A stretch of DNA of 64,000 nt from Abditibacteriaceae bacterium (GCA_965277285.1 OZ255721.1:2784001-2848000); one strand, 5' to 3'. Positions 10,160-20,943 are shown, counted from the first letter of the stretch. Notes: generated by a model not told the origin, from the sequence alone. Program-made: numbers and translations.

Positions 10160-10885
10160 TCAATGTTCCAGAAAATCCACGGCGCCGCTGCCGATTTCGT
10201 AAAAGGCGCCGATGACTTCGATTTGTTTTCTTTCCACGGCGGCGGTGACAATTGGGTTGGTTTTCAATTGCTCGACCTGATGGCGCACGTTGAGAATGAC
10301 GGCTTCGCGCATTCGCGCTTTGGAATCACGAATCGGCGGCAGGTCGCGCACGGCGGGCGCGATGTGATCAAGCAGAAAACGGATGTATTCCGGTTCGTTT
10401 TGGCGTTCAGTTTCGTCGCGCAAAGCGGCTGTAACGGCGCCGCAACCTTCGTGTCCCATGACGATGACAAGATGAACTTTGAGGTAGCGAACCGCATACT
10501 CGATGCTGCCCAAAGTGCTCGCTTCGACGATGTTGCCCGCCACGCGAATGCTGAAAATATCGCCCGGCCCTTGATCGAAAACGATTTCGACCGGCACGCG
10601 ACTATCGGCACAACCCAACACGACGGCGAACGGCGTTTGCGACATAATTTGCGCGCGACGTTCGTTGGCCGCCAAAGCCGTGCGCTGCGGCGCGCCGCTG
10701 TAAAAACGCGCGTTGCCGTCTTTGAGGGCGTGCAAGGCTTCCGCTGGCGTGTTGGCGCCCGGATCTTTCAAGCGCGCGATGTCTTCCATCGTCGCGCCAC
10801 GCTTGATCAGTTCCGCCACCAGTTCGGAAACATCCAGGTTTTCTGTTACAACGGAAGAAGCATTATCAGGTTTGGAATTGGTCAT
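10160..10885 (-). CDS. Beta-class carbonic anhydrase
   Basis: [23 protein letters not shown] zinc ligands. Confidence 0.93.
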   Translation of the reverse strand: MTNSKPDNASSVVTENLDVSELVAELIKRGATMEDIARLKDPGANTPAEALHALKDGNARFYSGAPQRTALAANERRAQIMSQTPFAVVLGCADSRVPVEIVFDQGPGDIFSIRVAGNIVEASTLGSIEYAVRYLKVHLVIVMGHEGCGAVTAALRDETERQNEPEYIRFLLDHIAPAVRDLPPIRDSKARMREAVILNVRHQVEQLKTNPIVTAAVERKQIEVIGAFYEIGSGAVDFLEH

Positions 10886-11083
10886 AAATCCTCTTGGAAA
10901 GAAGTTTTCTTTGTTACAAGCTACAAGTCATCTCATAAAAAATCCAAGTTACCGCCATGTCTGCGAGTTCACGCGCAGGCAATGATTAGGTAGCAACTTG
11001 GTTAAATAAGTTCCTGCATCAAATTACCAGTTTGTCTTTCTAAGTCAAGCGCAACCTGACATATTGGAATTCTTCGCGCTGTT

Positions 11084-11809
11084 TTATACATTTTTTTTGC
11101 GCGCGATGCTAAAGCGAAACGGAAAGTGCGACCGCACGCGCGCGCTTGGAACTACGCTTTGGTGCACAATTTTTTGCATTTCGTCCGTTGTATAAGCGCG
11201 CCGCAATGACGCTTCGCCGTCGTGACGCGTTATATAACTGTGTGCGAAAATTGGGCGAGTCAGGCGAAAAAACCACAGCGGAACGTTGTGCCGCACCAAA
11301 TCATTAACGATCCAGCCGCGACGACTGACGCGCTCAAATTCGGCCAAAAGTTGATGAATCTGGGTGCTCCGAAAATGATGCAAAAACAACGACGAAATGA
11401 CGACATCAACGCTTTCGTCGCGCAACGGCAAGCGAAACGCATCGGCCTGCAACAAATGAATGTTTTTCGCTTGCGAACCTCGCAAATCTTCGCGTGCGAT
11501 CCGCAAATGGCGTGCGTTCACGTCCAATGCGAGTACTCGAATCGTCAGTTTGCGGCGTTGCGCTTGCTTCACCAGATAAAGTGGCAAATCGGCGCTGCCA
11601 GTTCCAATATCGAGAACAGTCGCGTTTTGAACCTGGTGCTTTTGTAACAGCGCGAACGTCGCATCTCCGATAACTTTGGCGCCGCCCAAATAGGTGTTGA
11701 TGCGGCGGATGTCATGCAAACTGCGCCGCACTTCATTTAATGAACCGCGATGCAAATCGAGCAATTCTTCGCGGTCGCTTTGCGGCGGAACCAGCCAATT
11801 CTTGGTCAT
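11084..11809 (-). CDS. Class I SAM-dependent methyltransferase
   Basis: VLDIGTGSAD, SSLFLHHF, ITRHDGEASLRRAYT; ATGA overlap with the fabF stop. Confidence 0.85.
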   Translation of the reverse strand: MTKNWLVPPQSDREELLDLHRGSLNEVRRSLHDIRRINTYLGGAKVIGDATFALLQKHQVQNATVLDIGTGSADLPLYLVKQAQRRKLTIRVLALDVNARHLRIAREDLRGSQAKNIHLLQADAFRLPLRDESVDVVISSLFLHHFRSTQIHQLLAEFERVSRRGWIVNDLVRHNVPLWFFRLTRPIFAHSYITRHDGEASLRRAYTTDEMQKIVHQSVVPSARVRSHFPFRFSIARKKNV

Positions 11810-13086
11810 CTTTTCAACACGATGGCCGCGTTTTTCGAGCCGAAACCCAGACAATTGCACAACGCCGTTTGGAATGAATGCGCGCGCGAGTGATGCGGTA
11901 CATAATCCAAATCGCACCCCGCATCAGGCTCATCCAAATTGATGGTCGGCGGCACGAAATTGTTGTGCATTCCAGCAATTGTTGCTGCAATTCCGGCGGC
12001 GCCGCTGGCGCCTTGCGGATGCCCGATTTGCGATTTGGTCGAACTCATCGGAATGTGGCGCGCCGTTTCGCTTAGTGCCAATTTGACAGCGCGCGTTTCC
12101 AGAGGATCGTTGAGATTTGTTCCTGTTCCGTGCAGATTCGAGTACTCGATGTGCTCGGGCGAAACGTTCGCGTCCTGCAGCGCCAAAGTCATGGCGCGCG
12201 CGGCTTCGTCTGGTTCGCCTAAAGCCACGCGATGAAACGCTTCGCAGGTCGCGCCATAACCGGCAATTTCCGCCCAGATTTTGGCGCCGCGACTTTGCGC
12301 TCGCTCGCGTTCTTCCAAGACAAACATCCACGCGCCTTCGCCCAAAACAAAGCCGTCGCGGTTGGCCGAAAATGGGCGAGAAGCGTGTTGCGGATCATCG
12401 TTCCAGTGCGTTGGCACGGCGCGCATCAAGGCGAAACCGGCCATCATCGCGGGCGTGATACACGCATCGGCGCCGCCGCAGATAATTGTGTGCGCGCGAC
12501 CATTGCGAATCAAATCGAGCGCGTAGCCAAAGGCATCGGTCGAACTGGTGCAACCATCGGAAACGGTGTGCGAGCGTCCGCGAAAACCGTGCGCAATCGA
12601 AATCTCAGAAGAAACCATGCCAGCAATCGAGCTGGAAATTGCATACGGCGAAAGATGGCGCGCGCCGCGACCATACCATTGCGCGAACTGTTCTTCGGCA
12701 AAAGAAAAACCGCCGCCGCCGCTGCCCATCACGACATGAATGTCGCGCCTTTCCTCGTGCGATAAATCGTTCAAACCCGAATTGCGCAACGCTTCGTCAG
12801 TCGCGGCCAGCGCCAGAGGAACCACGCGCGGCACGCGGTCGCGGTCTTTTTCGCTTGTCCATAAATGCGGGTCGAAATCGAGACATTCCGCAGCGACGCG
12901 GCACGACAAAGGTTCGTCTTTTTCGTTTCGAGTACTCGATGTGAGATGCGACAAAGGCTGCAACGGATTGAAAAGTGAAATGGTGCGCGTAGTGGATTCG
13001 CCTGAACGCAAGCCTTCGACCCAGCGCGTCCAATTGTTTCCAAACGGCGAAATGACGCCGATTCCTGTGATAACTGCGTGTTTCAT
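11806..13086 (-). CDS. fabF: Beta-ketoacyl-ACP synthase II-like (KAS II)
   Basis: Catalytic Cys in VSDGCTSS, His in HGTGT and KSQIGH, SRPFSANRDGFVLGEG, GFGSKNA. Confidence 0.85.
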   Translation of the reverse strand: MKHAVITGIGVISPFGNNWTRWVEGLRSGESTTRTISLFNPLQPLSHLTSSTRNEKDEPLSCRVAAECLDFDPHLWTSEKDRDRVPRVVPLALAATDEALRNSGLNDLSHEERRDIHVVMGSGGGGFSFAEEQFAQWYGRGARHLSPYAISSSIAGMVSSEISIAHGFRGRSHTVSDGCTSSTDAFGYALDLIRNGRAHTIICGGADACITPAMMAGFALMRAVPTHWNDDPQHASRPFSANRDGFVLGEGAWMFVLEERERAQSRGAKIWAEIAGYGATCEAFHRVALGEPDEAARAMTLALQDANVSPEHIEYSNLHGTGTNLNDPLETRAVKLALSETARHIPMSSTKSQIGHPQGASGAAGIAATIAGMHNNFVPPTINLDEPDAGCDLDYVPHHSRAHSFQTALCNCLGFGSKNAAIVLKR

Positions 13087-13150
13087 GTGTTTCCTAAAAC
13101 CAATCGCAGGACGCCGCAGAACGCGCTTCGCTTCAATTCTTTATGCTTTC

Positions 13151-13831
13151 TCACACTTCCATTTTCTGCAAAAGCCCGCGCGCTATTTCGCGGTCGCGCG
13201 CTTGTTCCCAAGCCCAATCTTCGTCGCGCGGCTGCGCAATAATCGCTCGCAAGGTTTGCTGCGCTTCGGTTTTCCTTTTCATCGACAGCAAGAGTTCGGC
13301 GAGATAAAGCTGTGTCGTCGAATTGTCAGGCGCAATTTTTAAGGCGCAACGATACAATTCCCGGGCGCGTTTTTTGGAGCCAAAAGGAAACGGCGTGCGA
13401 TGCGCCATTCGTCCCAAAACGCGCAATGTTCCGGCATGATGGAAACTTTCGTCGCGTTCTAAAGCCAATTGCAAACGACGTTGCGCGTGTTTTAAAGCCA
13501 TCAAAGCCGCGAACGGGTTTTTCGTTCGCGCCGCTTCAATCAGGCAAACGCCGAGCCAAAAATGTCCCGCCACATCGTCGGCCAAAAGAATCGCGCGACC
13601 AGCTTGTTGCCGCCCCAAAATGAATTCGTGGTGCGCGACGTTTCGCTTGTTTTTGGCTTCGTGCAACATCGCGCGAAAGTGATGCAAGCGCGCCAAACGC
13701 CAGCGAATCGAGTACTCGATGTCGCGCGCGGGCTTGGTTTGTAACGCTTCTTCGAGTTGCGCGCGCATCTGCATCAATTGCGATTCGTCGCCGCGTTGTC
13801 GCCACCAAAGATCGAAATCATCGAAGTTCAT
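13151..13831 (-). CDS. TPR-like helical protein (TatT/RMD-like)
   Basis: Helical repeats 'WRLARL', 'GHFWLGV', 'ARELYRCALKIAPDNSTTQLYLAELL'; ATGA overlap with the upstream permease stop. Confidence 0.6.
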   Translation of the reverse strand: MNFDDFDLWWRQRGDESQLMQMRAQLEEALQTKPARDIEYSIRWRLARLHHFRAMLHEAKNKRNVAHHEFILGRQQAGRAILLADDVAGHFWLGVCLIEAARTKNPFAALMALKHAQRRLQLALERDESFHHAGTLRVLGRMAHRTPFPFGSKKRARELYRCALKIAPDNSTTQLYLAELLLSMKRKTEAQQTLRAIIAQPRDEDWAWEQARDREIARGLLQKMEV

Positions 13832-15519
13832 GCGCGCTTTCTCCGTCGCAAAATCGTTGGAAGCATCGAAAGAAACGCTGACAACATCCAAACTCCGGCG
13901 CTCAGTCCAATTAAAATTAGGCACAATGCGGCGACTTTATCGAGTGCGAAAATGTGCATCAATTGAAAAATCGGCAAGGTCAAAGGTTGTCCGCCCGGTT
14001 GCTGCACCAAAACCGAAGTCGAAAGTTCTGAGGCGCACAACGCCCACGTCAAGGCAAAAACGCCCAACAGCGAAGAGCGCAAAAGCGGCCACCAAACCGT
14101 GCGCAAAACGCGAAATTGCGTAGCGCCCAGGCCGCGCGCCGCATCCAAAAGTTCGTCGTCCAAACGCGAGGCGGCACTTTGTAATAGCAAAACGCCGAGC
14201 GGCAGAAACCGCGCGAGGTAGCCGAATAACGGCAGCGCGAAACGTTCGATTTGATCCTGCAGCCAATCAATCACAGGAATGTTCGTCGGATCGGCGGTGC
14301 CGTAAATCCACGAAAATTGCGGCTGATTCCAAAAGTGAATGAGCGCGATTCCGGTCGCAATCGGCGCGATAAGAAGAGGCGCGACACAAACCATAAACGC
14401 CCACTTTCGAGTACTCGATTTCCAATTGTGCCAACTCGCCACCAGCACAAAAGAAATCGTGGTGATGAGAAACGCTGCCAAAGTCGCCAGCACGATGGTG
14501 TTTTCGATTTCGATGTTGTTGTCGCTGAGTGCTTCCCAAAAAACGCGCGCCGGACGAAGCAACGTCAGCAAAACGACCATTGAAGCAATCGGCGACGCCA
14601 GCAAGACGCCAACGCTTGGTGGCACGGCGAGCAACCCTTCGCGTCGTGCTTGCGGCGATAAAACGAAACTTCCGCCGCGGCCTTGCCGAACGTTCAAAGC
14701 ACGCAAAATTGGCCACAACGCGAGCGCGCCCAGGGCGAACATCGGCAGCGAATCGAGCGCCGCACGAAAATCTTTGCCGCCGCCCGAAAGCGCATCGGAC
14801 GCCGCCAAATCGCGGTAGATTTCGACCGAATAGGTGCGCGCGTCCAGCAAATCGGGCGCGCCCATCTCCCACATCGAAAGCAAAAACGCCGCGCCCAGAG
14901 CGCCCACAATCGCCGGTTTCAAGAGCGGAATGAGTACGCGTATCCAGGTTTGGCGCGCATTTCCTAATCCGCGCGCCGCGTCTTCAATTTCCGGCGGCAA
15001 GCTCATCAAAGCGGTGCGCACAGCAAAAGCGACAAGCGGGAAAAAGCTGAAAGCGAGCACGAACGACGACAACAAAATCGGGCTGAACGTCGCCGAATGC
15101 GTCGCGGCGACGGCGGCCATCGAGCGCGCGGGCGGCGTGCGCGTGATGTCGAGCCACGTCGTCGCCAAAACAACCGGCGGAATCGCCAGCGGCAAAGCGC
15201 ACAAAAGCGTTGCCACGTTGCGCGTAATTTTCGGCGCGCGTGCGCAAACAACGCCAACCGGAAAACCGAAAATGAGTGACACAAACGCCGTCACGAACCC
15301 GAGTTCGACCGTATTGCGAAACAATCCACGAGAGGTTTCATCGAGCGGCAAAACGTTCGACAATTGCGCCGGATGACGCAACGCCGTCCACAACGCGGGC
15401 GCGAACAGCGAAAGCGGCGGCAACCACAAAAACGCGGCGACCAGAAATATCAAGGCGACGCTGACGAGAAATCGTAGGGGCTTGGCGTTGCCAAGCCCGA
15501 TGCGTGGTAGTTCGGGCAT
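13828..15519 (-). CDS. Fe3+/thiamine-type ABC transporter permease (FbpB-like, duplicated domain)
   Basis: Two EAA-like loops (EIEDAARGLG, ELLDAARGLGA) and multiple TMs. Confidence 0.85.
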   Translation of the reverse strand: MPELPRIGLGNAKPLRFLVSVALIFLVAAFLWLPPLSLFAPALWTALRHPAQLSNVLPLDETSRGLFRNTVELGFVTAFVSLIFGFPVGVVCARAPKITRNVATLLCALPLAIPPVVLATTWLDITRTPPARSMAAVAATHSATFSPILLSSFVLAFSFFPLVAFAVRTALMSLPPEIEDAARGLGNARQTWIRVLIPLLKPAIVGALGAAFLLSMWEMGAPDLLDARTYSVEIYRDLAASDALSGGGKDFRAALDSLPMFALGALALWPILRALNVRQGRGGSFVLSPQARREGLLAVPPSVGVLLASPIASMVVLLTLLRPARVFWEALSDNNIEIENTIVLATLAAFLITTISFVLVASWHNWKSSTRKWAFMVCVAPLLIAPIATGIALIHFWNQPQFSWIYGTADPTNIPVIDWLQDQIERFALPLFGYLARFLPLGVLLLQSAASRLDDELLDAARGLGATQFRVLRTVWWPLLRSSLLGVFALTWALCASELSTSVLVQQPGGQPLTLPIFQLMHIFALDKVAALCLILIGLSAGVWMLSAFLSMLPTILRRRKRA

Positions 15520-15567
15520 CGAGTACTCAATTAGGACGACGGGCGCGGATTTGGCGATGCCACAACT

Positions 15568-16644
15568 TTAATTGCGCAACAAAATATCGGCCAGAGGATC
15601 GCGGATCGTGTCCCACGAAGCGGCCCATTTCGTTGTGTCGTTGGGCGCGCGACGAATCACGTTCTTCGCATAATTGCGAATGGCAACTGATTGTTCGTTG
15701 TCGCCCGGCGCGGCTTGCGATTGCAAGGAATAAACGCCTGGCATTTCACTTTCGATCAGCGATTGAGTACTCGATTGTAAAAGCGCATCGGCGAAACGAT
15801 GAGCCGCTTCGTCATGCGGCGCGCCCTGAACAATGGCGACCGTCATCGGCACAACAACGGCTTCGCTTTGGCCTGTCGCGTCCAGACTGACACTGGCGCG
15901 CAAGTTTGGGTTTTGTTTGTGCATCGCCAGAAAGTCGTCGCTGTCGGTCACGCCAGCCAAAAGTTCGCCGCGCGCCACGCGTTCCGCGACAACCGAGTTG
16001 CCGGCGACTGCTTGCGCACCTTTGGCTTTTAATTGCTGAAAGTAGGCCAGCGTTTTGGCTTTGCCCCAGCGCGTGGCGAGTGCGGAAACCCAATCGCCTG
16101 CGGAACCAAACTGCGGGTTGCTGACACCAATTTTGCCACCAAAACGCGGCGATAATAAATCTTCGAGCGAACGCGGCGGATTTTTCACTGACGCGTTGTA
16201 AACCAGCATTCGCGCGCGTTGTCCGGTCGCCGCCCAAAAGCCGTCACCGATTTTGAATGGAGCCACGTCCTGGCCGCTCGAAACCTTTTCTAAAACGCCG
16301 TCGCGCGCCAGCAAAAGCGTTTGCAAGGTCGCTGAACTCCAGAACACATCGGCGCGCGGACGGCTTTTCTCGGCGCGCAAACGTGTCGCAAGCCCGGCGG
16401 TTTTGGCAGCTTCGACATCGAACAAAGGCCGAATGCGAAGTCCTGTTTCGCGCTGAAGTTGGTTGATAATCGGGCGCGCGTATTCTTCATCAACCGAACA
16501 ATAAAGCACGACTTCGTTGGAAGTATTTGCGTTCTTCGAGTACTCGATCGTGCCATTCGAGGTTGTTGAAGTCTTGTGACAACCGCTTAAAATAAGAGAG
16601 GAAAGTGCGGCGACGATTTGCAAAGGTCGAAATGAGAAATTCAT
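15568..16644 (-). CDS. ABC transporter substrate-binding lipoprotein (FbpA/AfuA-like)
   Basis: Lipobox LSGC, VVLYCSVD, RPRADVFWS, GVTDSDD. Confidence 0.85.
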   Translation of the reverse strand: MNFSFRPLQIVAALSSLILSGCHKTSTTSNGTIEYSKNANTSNEVVLYCSVDEEYARPIINQLQRETGLRIRPLFDVEAAKTAGLATRLRAEKSRPRADVFWSSATLQTLLLARDGVLEKVSSGQDVAPFKIGDGFWAATGQRARMLVYNASVKNPPRSLEDLLSPRFGGKIGVSNPQFGSAGDWVSALATRWGKAKTLAYFQQLKAKGAQAVAGNSVVAERVARGELLAGVTDSDDFLAMHKQNPNLRASVSLDATGQSEAVVVPMTVAIVQGAPHDEAAHRFADALLQSSTQSLIESEMPGVYSLQSQAAPGDNEQSVAIRNYAKNVIRRAPNDTTKWAASWDTIRDPLADILLRN

Positions 16645-16665
16645 GGAAATTCGTGGAAGTAATAG

Positions 16666-16747
16666 CGAACCCAAAGCGTGAGCGACGGGCTTAACTGACA
16701 ATGACAAGAAACTGTCAGTTAAGCCCGTCGCTCACGCTTCGGGTTCG
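16666..16747. repeat. CGAACCC..AGCGT-type palindromic repeat (family B)
   Basis: CGAACCCAAAGCGTGAGCGACGGGCTTAACTGACA / TGTCAGTTAAGCCCGTCGCTCACGCTTCGGGTTCG; relatives at 33647, 53464, 58671. Confidence 0.8.
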
Positions 16748-17154
16748 TTTTCGGTATCGATTGGCAAAGCCTCTCGGAAAATGGGCGGCACGCGCACCGG
16801 GCGAAAGTTCGTGTCGATGTAAGCCAGAGTTTGCGTCGCGCGCATCAGCAAAACGTGGTCGCGCGTGCGAAACAATTGCGATTGTAACGTGGTTGTGGCG
16901 CCGCTATGACGCACAACTTCGACCTGCAATTCGAGTTCATCTTCGTGGCGTGCTGGAAACAGAAACTCGATGTCGATGCGCCGCACCACGGCTTGTACTC
17001 CGTGCAATTCGAGTACTCGTTCGACCTGCAAACCCGCCGTGTGCAGTAACGCGTAACGTCCGCGTTCGAGATATTCGAGGTAGCGCGTGTTGGAAACGAC
17101 GCCCGCGTAATCGGTTTCAAAGGCGACGACGCGAATCGGTAAAATCGTTTTCAT
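16732..17154 (-). CDS. Acyl-CoA thioesterase, YbgC/FadM (4HBT) family
   Basis: ETDYAGVVSNTRYLEYLERGR hot-dog motif. Confidence 0.88.
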   Translation of the reverse strand: MKTILPIRVVAFETDYAGVVSNTRYLEYLERGRYALLHTAGLQVERVLELHGVQAVVRRIDIEFLFPARHEDELELQVEVVRHSGATTTLQSQLFRTRDHVLLMRATQTLAYIDTNFRPVRVPPIFREALPIDTENEPEA

Positions 17155-17172
17155 AATTCCACAACTGCATTG

Positions 17173-18006
17173 TCACATCAATTTGACTTCGTCGCGTCGC
17201 ACCCAGAACGGTTGGTTATAACCAGAAGGATGCCCTTCGCGCGCCATTTTTCGCAGCGCGTTCCAATTGTTGCCGGGCGGCAAAGGCGCGACAATCAGCA
17301 TGCTGTCGCTGGGAGCGACGACCGCGATTTCATCGCCATCGCTCATCGCTTCGCGCGCCAACAGCAAGCGTGCTGCGCTGTGCCCGTCAGGGCAATTGAC
17401 CGCAACCGCTTCGCCGCGATTAGTCGCCGTCACAGCTTCTCGCCAATTGTCAACCGAAAAAATCTGGCGCAAGTTGGCCAGCGCGAGGTCGTAAAGTTCG
17501 GCTTCGTCCAGGCTTAGTTCAGCAGCTTGCTCGTTCATTAAATACGCCACGCGGTCGGGAAAGTCGAGGATGTAGGCGACAGATAAGCCGTCGCAGAAAG
17601 CGCGGCGTGGCAGATCGGCGTCTGGTTTGTGGGAGCGCAGTTGTTGCAGAAACGAGTCGCGGATCAGGCGCGGCAAAATTTGTTTCTGATGTTCTTCCCG
17701 ACGCAGTTGTTGCGGTACAACGTCGGCGTTGTCCAGCATACTACGCGCGAACTTATCGTAGATTTTGCGGCGTTCTTGCGCGTTTTGCTTGTGCAAATGG
17801 GACGTTTCAAAATGCAGCTTATGCAGAAAAAGCGTGCTTTCGCGGTCGCGCTCGTCATGCAATTTGAGTTCGTCGGCGCTCACGACCTCGACGCGATGGC
17901 GCGGCCACGCTTCTCCCAAAAACGCCACAAACTCACGCACCACGTCGCTGGGCGAAAGAAGTTCTTCGCGCGTCCAGGGAAATCGCATAAGGGAAAACGG
18001 CAACAA
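17173..18006 (-). CDS. Hypothetical protein, DUF1444/YtpQ-like (start uncertain, possibly 17988)
   Basis: 'ILPRL..DSF', 'LSVAYILDFPDRVAYL', 'LYDLALANL', 'DGHSAARLL'. Confidence 0.6.
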   Translation of the reverse strand: MLPFSLMRFPWTREELLSPSDVVREFVAFLGEAWPRHRVEVVSADELKLHDERDRESTLFLHKLHFETSHLHKQNAQERRKIYDKFARSMLDNADVVPQQLRREEHQKQILPRLIRDSFLQQLRSHKPDADLPRRAFCDGLSVAYILDFPDRVAYLMNEQAAELSLDEAELYDLALANLRQIFSVDNWREAVTATNRGEAVAVNCPDGHSAARLLLAREAMSDGDEIAVVAPSDSMLIVAPLPPGNNWNALRKMAREGHPSGYNQPFWVRRDEVKLM

Positions 18007-18007
18007 A

Positions 18008-20878
18008 CTAAGCCTTCATCTCCTGCAATCGAGTACTCGATTTCGCAATCGCCGCCACGATTTCCACGCGCTTGGCTGTTTCTTTTTCGACAACCGCCGC
18101 CGCCGCTTTCTCCATAAACTGCGGATTATTCAGCTTCTTCTCGACAATCGCCAAATCTTTCTGCAACGATTCCAGTTCTTTTTGCAAGCGCGCCGTTTCG
18201 CGTTCTTTATCAACCAAACCTTCCAGCGGCAACCATATTTCAACATCCGCAAGCGACGACGAAACCGCGTTTTGCGGACGCGGCGCGTCGGACTTTTCAA
18301 TTGAAACTTCGCTCAAGTTCGCCAGTTGCAAGATGTAATTGCGCCCACTTTCGAGTACTCGAAACGCTTCATCGTTGGCCGCGAAAAGCTGCATTTTTAA
18401 CTTTTGCGATGGCGGCAACTTCGCTTCGGCGCGCAAGTTTCGCGCACTGCGAATGGTTTCTTGAATGAAAGCGAAATCTTGTTCCGACTTCTCATCGTGG
18501 AAGCCCTGAAAATCGCTTTTCGACTTATGATACGGCCAAGTGGCGATGCAAAGTGAAGGAGATTCCTTGCCGCTGCTGAACTTCGTCATTCCATTGTCAC
18601 TGAAAACTTTTTTGTCGCCTTCAAGAGTTTCGTCAAACCCCATGAGCATTCTATATTTAGGCAGCTTTTGCCAGATTTCTTCGGATAAGAACGGCATGAA
18701 TGGATGCAACAAGCGCATCGCATATTCGAGGACAAAAATCAAAAGTCCGATTTGATGCGTGTTGCCATCGCGCATTTTTGGCTTGGAAAGCTCGACAAAC
18801 CAATCGCAGAAATCGCCCCAGATAAAGCTGTAAAGTGAACTTGTCGCGGTTTCAAACTCGTAGTTTTTCAGCGCGTGAGTCACTTCTTCGACGGTGCGAT
18901 TCAAGCGCGACAAAATCCAGCGCCCCGCTAAATCGAAGTCCGCGTAATCAGTTTCCTCTGGTAAAGTTCCCGCATTCAAGACAAAGCGCGCGGCGTTCCA
19001 AATCTTGTTGGCGAAGTTGCGCGCGTTTTGCATCTGCGGATAACGATCCGTCGGGCGTTCGTTCCATTCCAAGGGCAACGCCGCACCGCGATGTTCTTTC
19101 ATCCAACGTCGCACAAAATCTTCACCCAGATTCTTTTCCGCTTCATCAAGGAAACGCACGTCTTGCGCGCCAGTCGCCAGTTGCAGCAAGCCGAAACGCG
19201 TCGCATCAGTGCCGTAAATCTCGATTAAGTTCATCGGATCAATCGCTGTTCCCGAACTTTTGCTCATGCGCAAGCCGAAGCAATCTTGCACCGTCGGATG
19301 AACGAAAACCTGCTGAAAAGGAATCTCATCATCGACAAAATGCAGGCTCATCAAAATCATGCGCGAAACCCACAAATTGAGAATATCGCGGCCTGTAATT
19401 AAGACGCTTGTCGGATAAAACTGCGTTTCCAAGTTATCCGGCCAGCCCAAAACCGCGAACGGCCACAAGGCGCTGGAAAACCAGGTATCCAAAACGTCTT
19501 CGTCTTGCGTCCAGCCTTCGCGCACGATTGGTTCAACCGAAACTTCGATTTCGCCGTGTGGCCCGTAATAAACCGGAATGCGATGTCCCCACCAAAGCTG
19601 ACGCGAAATGCACCAGTCGCGGATGTTGTCCATCCAATCCAAGCTCGTATTGGCAAAACGTTCCGGTACATAACCAACGCGGTTCATGCGAATTGCATCG
19701 GCGACAGGACGCGCCAGTTCTTTCATGCGCACAAACCATTGTTCGGATAAAAGCGGTTCGATGACGCTGCCAGTGCGCGCGCAATGACCGACTTTGTGCG
19801 TATAATCCTCGATTTTCTCGACCAAACCCAACGCTTGCAGATCGTTCACGACTTTGATTCTGGCGTCTTCGCGCGTCAGTTTCGAGTACTCGATTCCCGC
19901 TGCGTCCGTCATTTTCGCATCGAAACCGATGACGGAAATCATTTCCAAACTGTGACGCTGGCCGATTTCGTAATCGTTCGGATCGTGCGCTGGCGTGATT
20001 TTCACCGCTCCGCTGCCGAATTCTTTATCAACATATTCATCGGCGACAATTGGAATCGTGCGTGATGTCAAAGGCAGACGAACGCGCTTTCCGACGAGAT
20101 GCCGATAAAGTTCGTCGTCGGGATGAACGGCGACAGCGGTATCGCCCAGCATGGTTTCGGGGCGCGTGGTGGCAACAACGATGTATTCACTGGTATCTTC
20201 GACCGGATAGCGAAAATGCCACAATTTGCCGTTGACTTCCTGGAAATCGACTTCCAGGTCGGAAACGTTGGTTTGCGCGCCCGGCGACCAGTTGACCAAA
20301 CGAAATCCGCGATAAATCAGGCCTTCGTCGTACCACGTCTTGAAAACCTGCAAAACGGCTTTGACGTAGCCTTCGTCCATCGTAAAACGTTCGCGCGACC
20401 AATCGTAAGAGCAGCCCAAACGCTTCATCTGATTGATGATGGTCGAGCCATATTTGTCCTTCCATTCATAAGCGCGGCGCACAAATTCGTCGCGCCCGAG
20501 TTCCTGACGCGTGGTGCCTTCGTGCGCGAGTTGCTGCTCGACTTTGATTTGCGTGCTGATTCCGGCGTGATCGGTTCCGGGAACGCACAGCGTGGTTTGC
20601 TCGCGCATTCGGTGAAAGCGCAGGAGACAATCGTGCATCGAATGTTGCAGCGCATGACCCAGATGCAAAACGCCTGTCACATTGGGCGGCGGAATCGTGA
20701 CGACAAAGGGTGCTTCGTCGTTATTCGATGGCTGCGGCTGAAAATAGCCGTGCTCTTGCCAGAACTCGTACCAATGCGCTTCAAGGGCGTGCGGCTCGAA
20801 CGACGAAGAAAGCGCGTTCTCTGATGAGTTGAAAATTGGAATTTGCGTGGAAGTTGTTTGATTGGAAGGTTGCGTCAT
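18008..20878 (-). CDS. valS: Valine--tRNA ligase
   Basis: PPPNVTGVLHLGH, DWCISRQLWWGH, RMSKS (KMSKS variant), C-terminal coiled coil. Confidence 0.97.
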   Translation of the reverse strand: MTQPSNQTTSTQIPIFNSSENALSSSFEPHALEAHWYEFWQEHGYFQPQPSNNDEAPFVVTIPPPNVTGVLHLGHALQHSMHDCLLRFHRMREQTTLCVPGTDHAGISTQIKVEQQLAHEGTTRQELGRDEFVRRAYEWKDKYGSTIINQMKRLGCSYDWSRERFTMDEGYVKAVLQVFKTWYDEGLIYRGFRLVNWSPGAQTNVSDLEVDFQEVNGKLWHFRYPVEDTSEYIVVATTRPETMLGDTAVAVHPDDELYRHLVGKRVRLPLTSRTIPIVADEYVDKEFGSGAVKITPAHDPNDYEIGQRHSLEMISVIGFDAKMTDAAGIEYSKLTREDARIKVVNDLQALGLVEKIEDYTHKVGHCARTGSVIEPLLSEQWFVRMKELARPVADAIRMNRVGYVPERFANTSLDWMDNIRDWCISRQLWWGHRIPVYYGPHGEIEVSVEPIVREGWTQDEDVLDTWFSSALWPFAVLGWPDNLETQFYPTSVLITGRDILNLWVSRMILMSLHFVDDEIPFQQVFVHPTVQDCFGLRMSKSSGTAIDPMNLIEIYGTDATRFGLLQLATGAQDVRFLDEAEKNLGEDFVRRWMKEHRGAALPLEWNERPTDRYPQMQNARNFANKIWNAARFVLNAGTLPEETDYADFDLAGRWILSRLNRTVEEVTHALKNYEFETATSSLYSFIWGDFCDWFVELSKPKMRDGNTHQIGLLIFVLEYAMRLLHPFMPFLSEEIWQKLPKYRMLMGFDETLEGDKKVFSDNGMTKFSSGKESPSLCIATWPYHKSKSDFQGFHDEKSEQDFAFIQETIRSARNLRAEAKLPPSQKLKMQLFAANDEAFRVLESGRNYILQLANLSEVSIEKSDAPRPQNAVSSSLADVEIWLPLEGLVDKERETARLQKELESLQKDLAIVEKKLNNPQFMEKAAAAVVEKETAKRVEIVAAIAKSSTRLQEMKA

Positions 20879-20943
20879 AGCGCGGGAAGTTTAACGTTCA
20901 ACTAAATGTGGCACAACAAAACGGATAAGGGATGCGTATTAAA

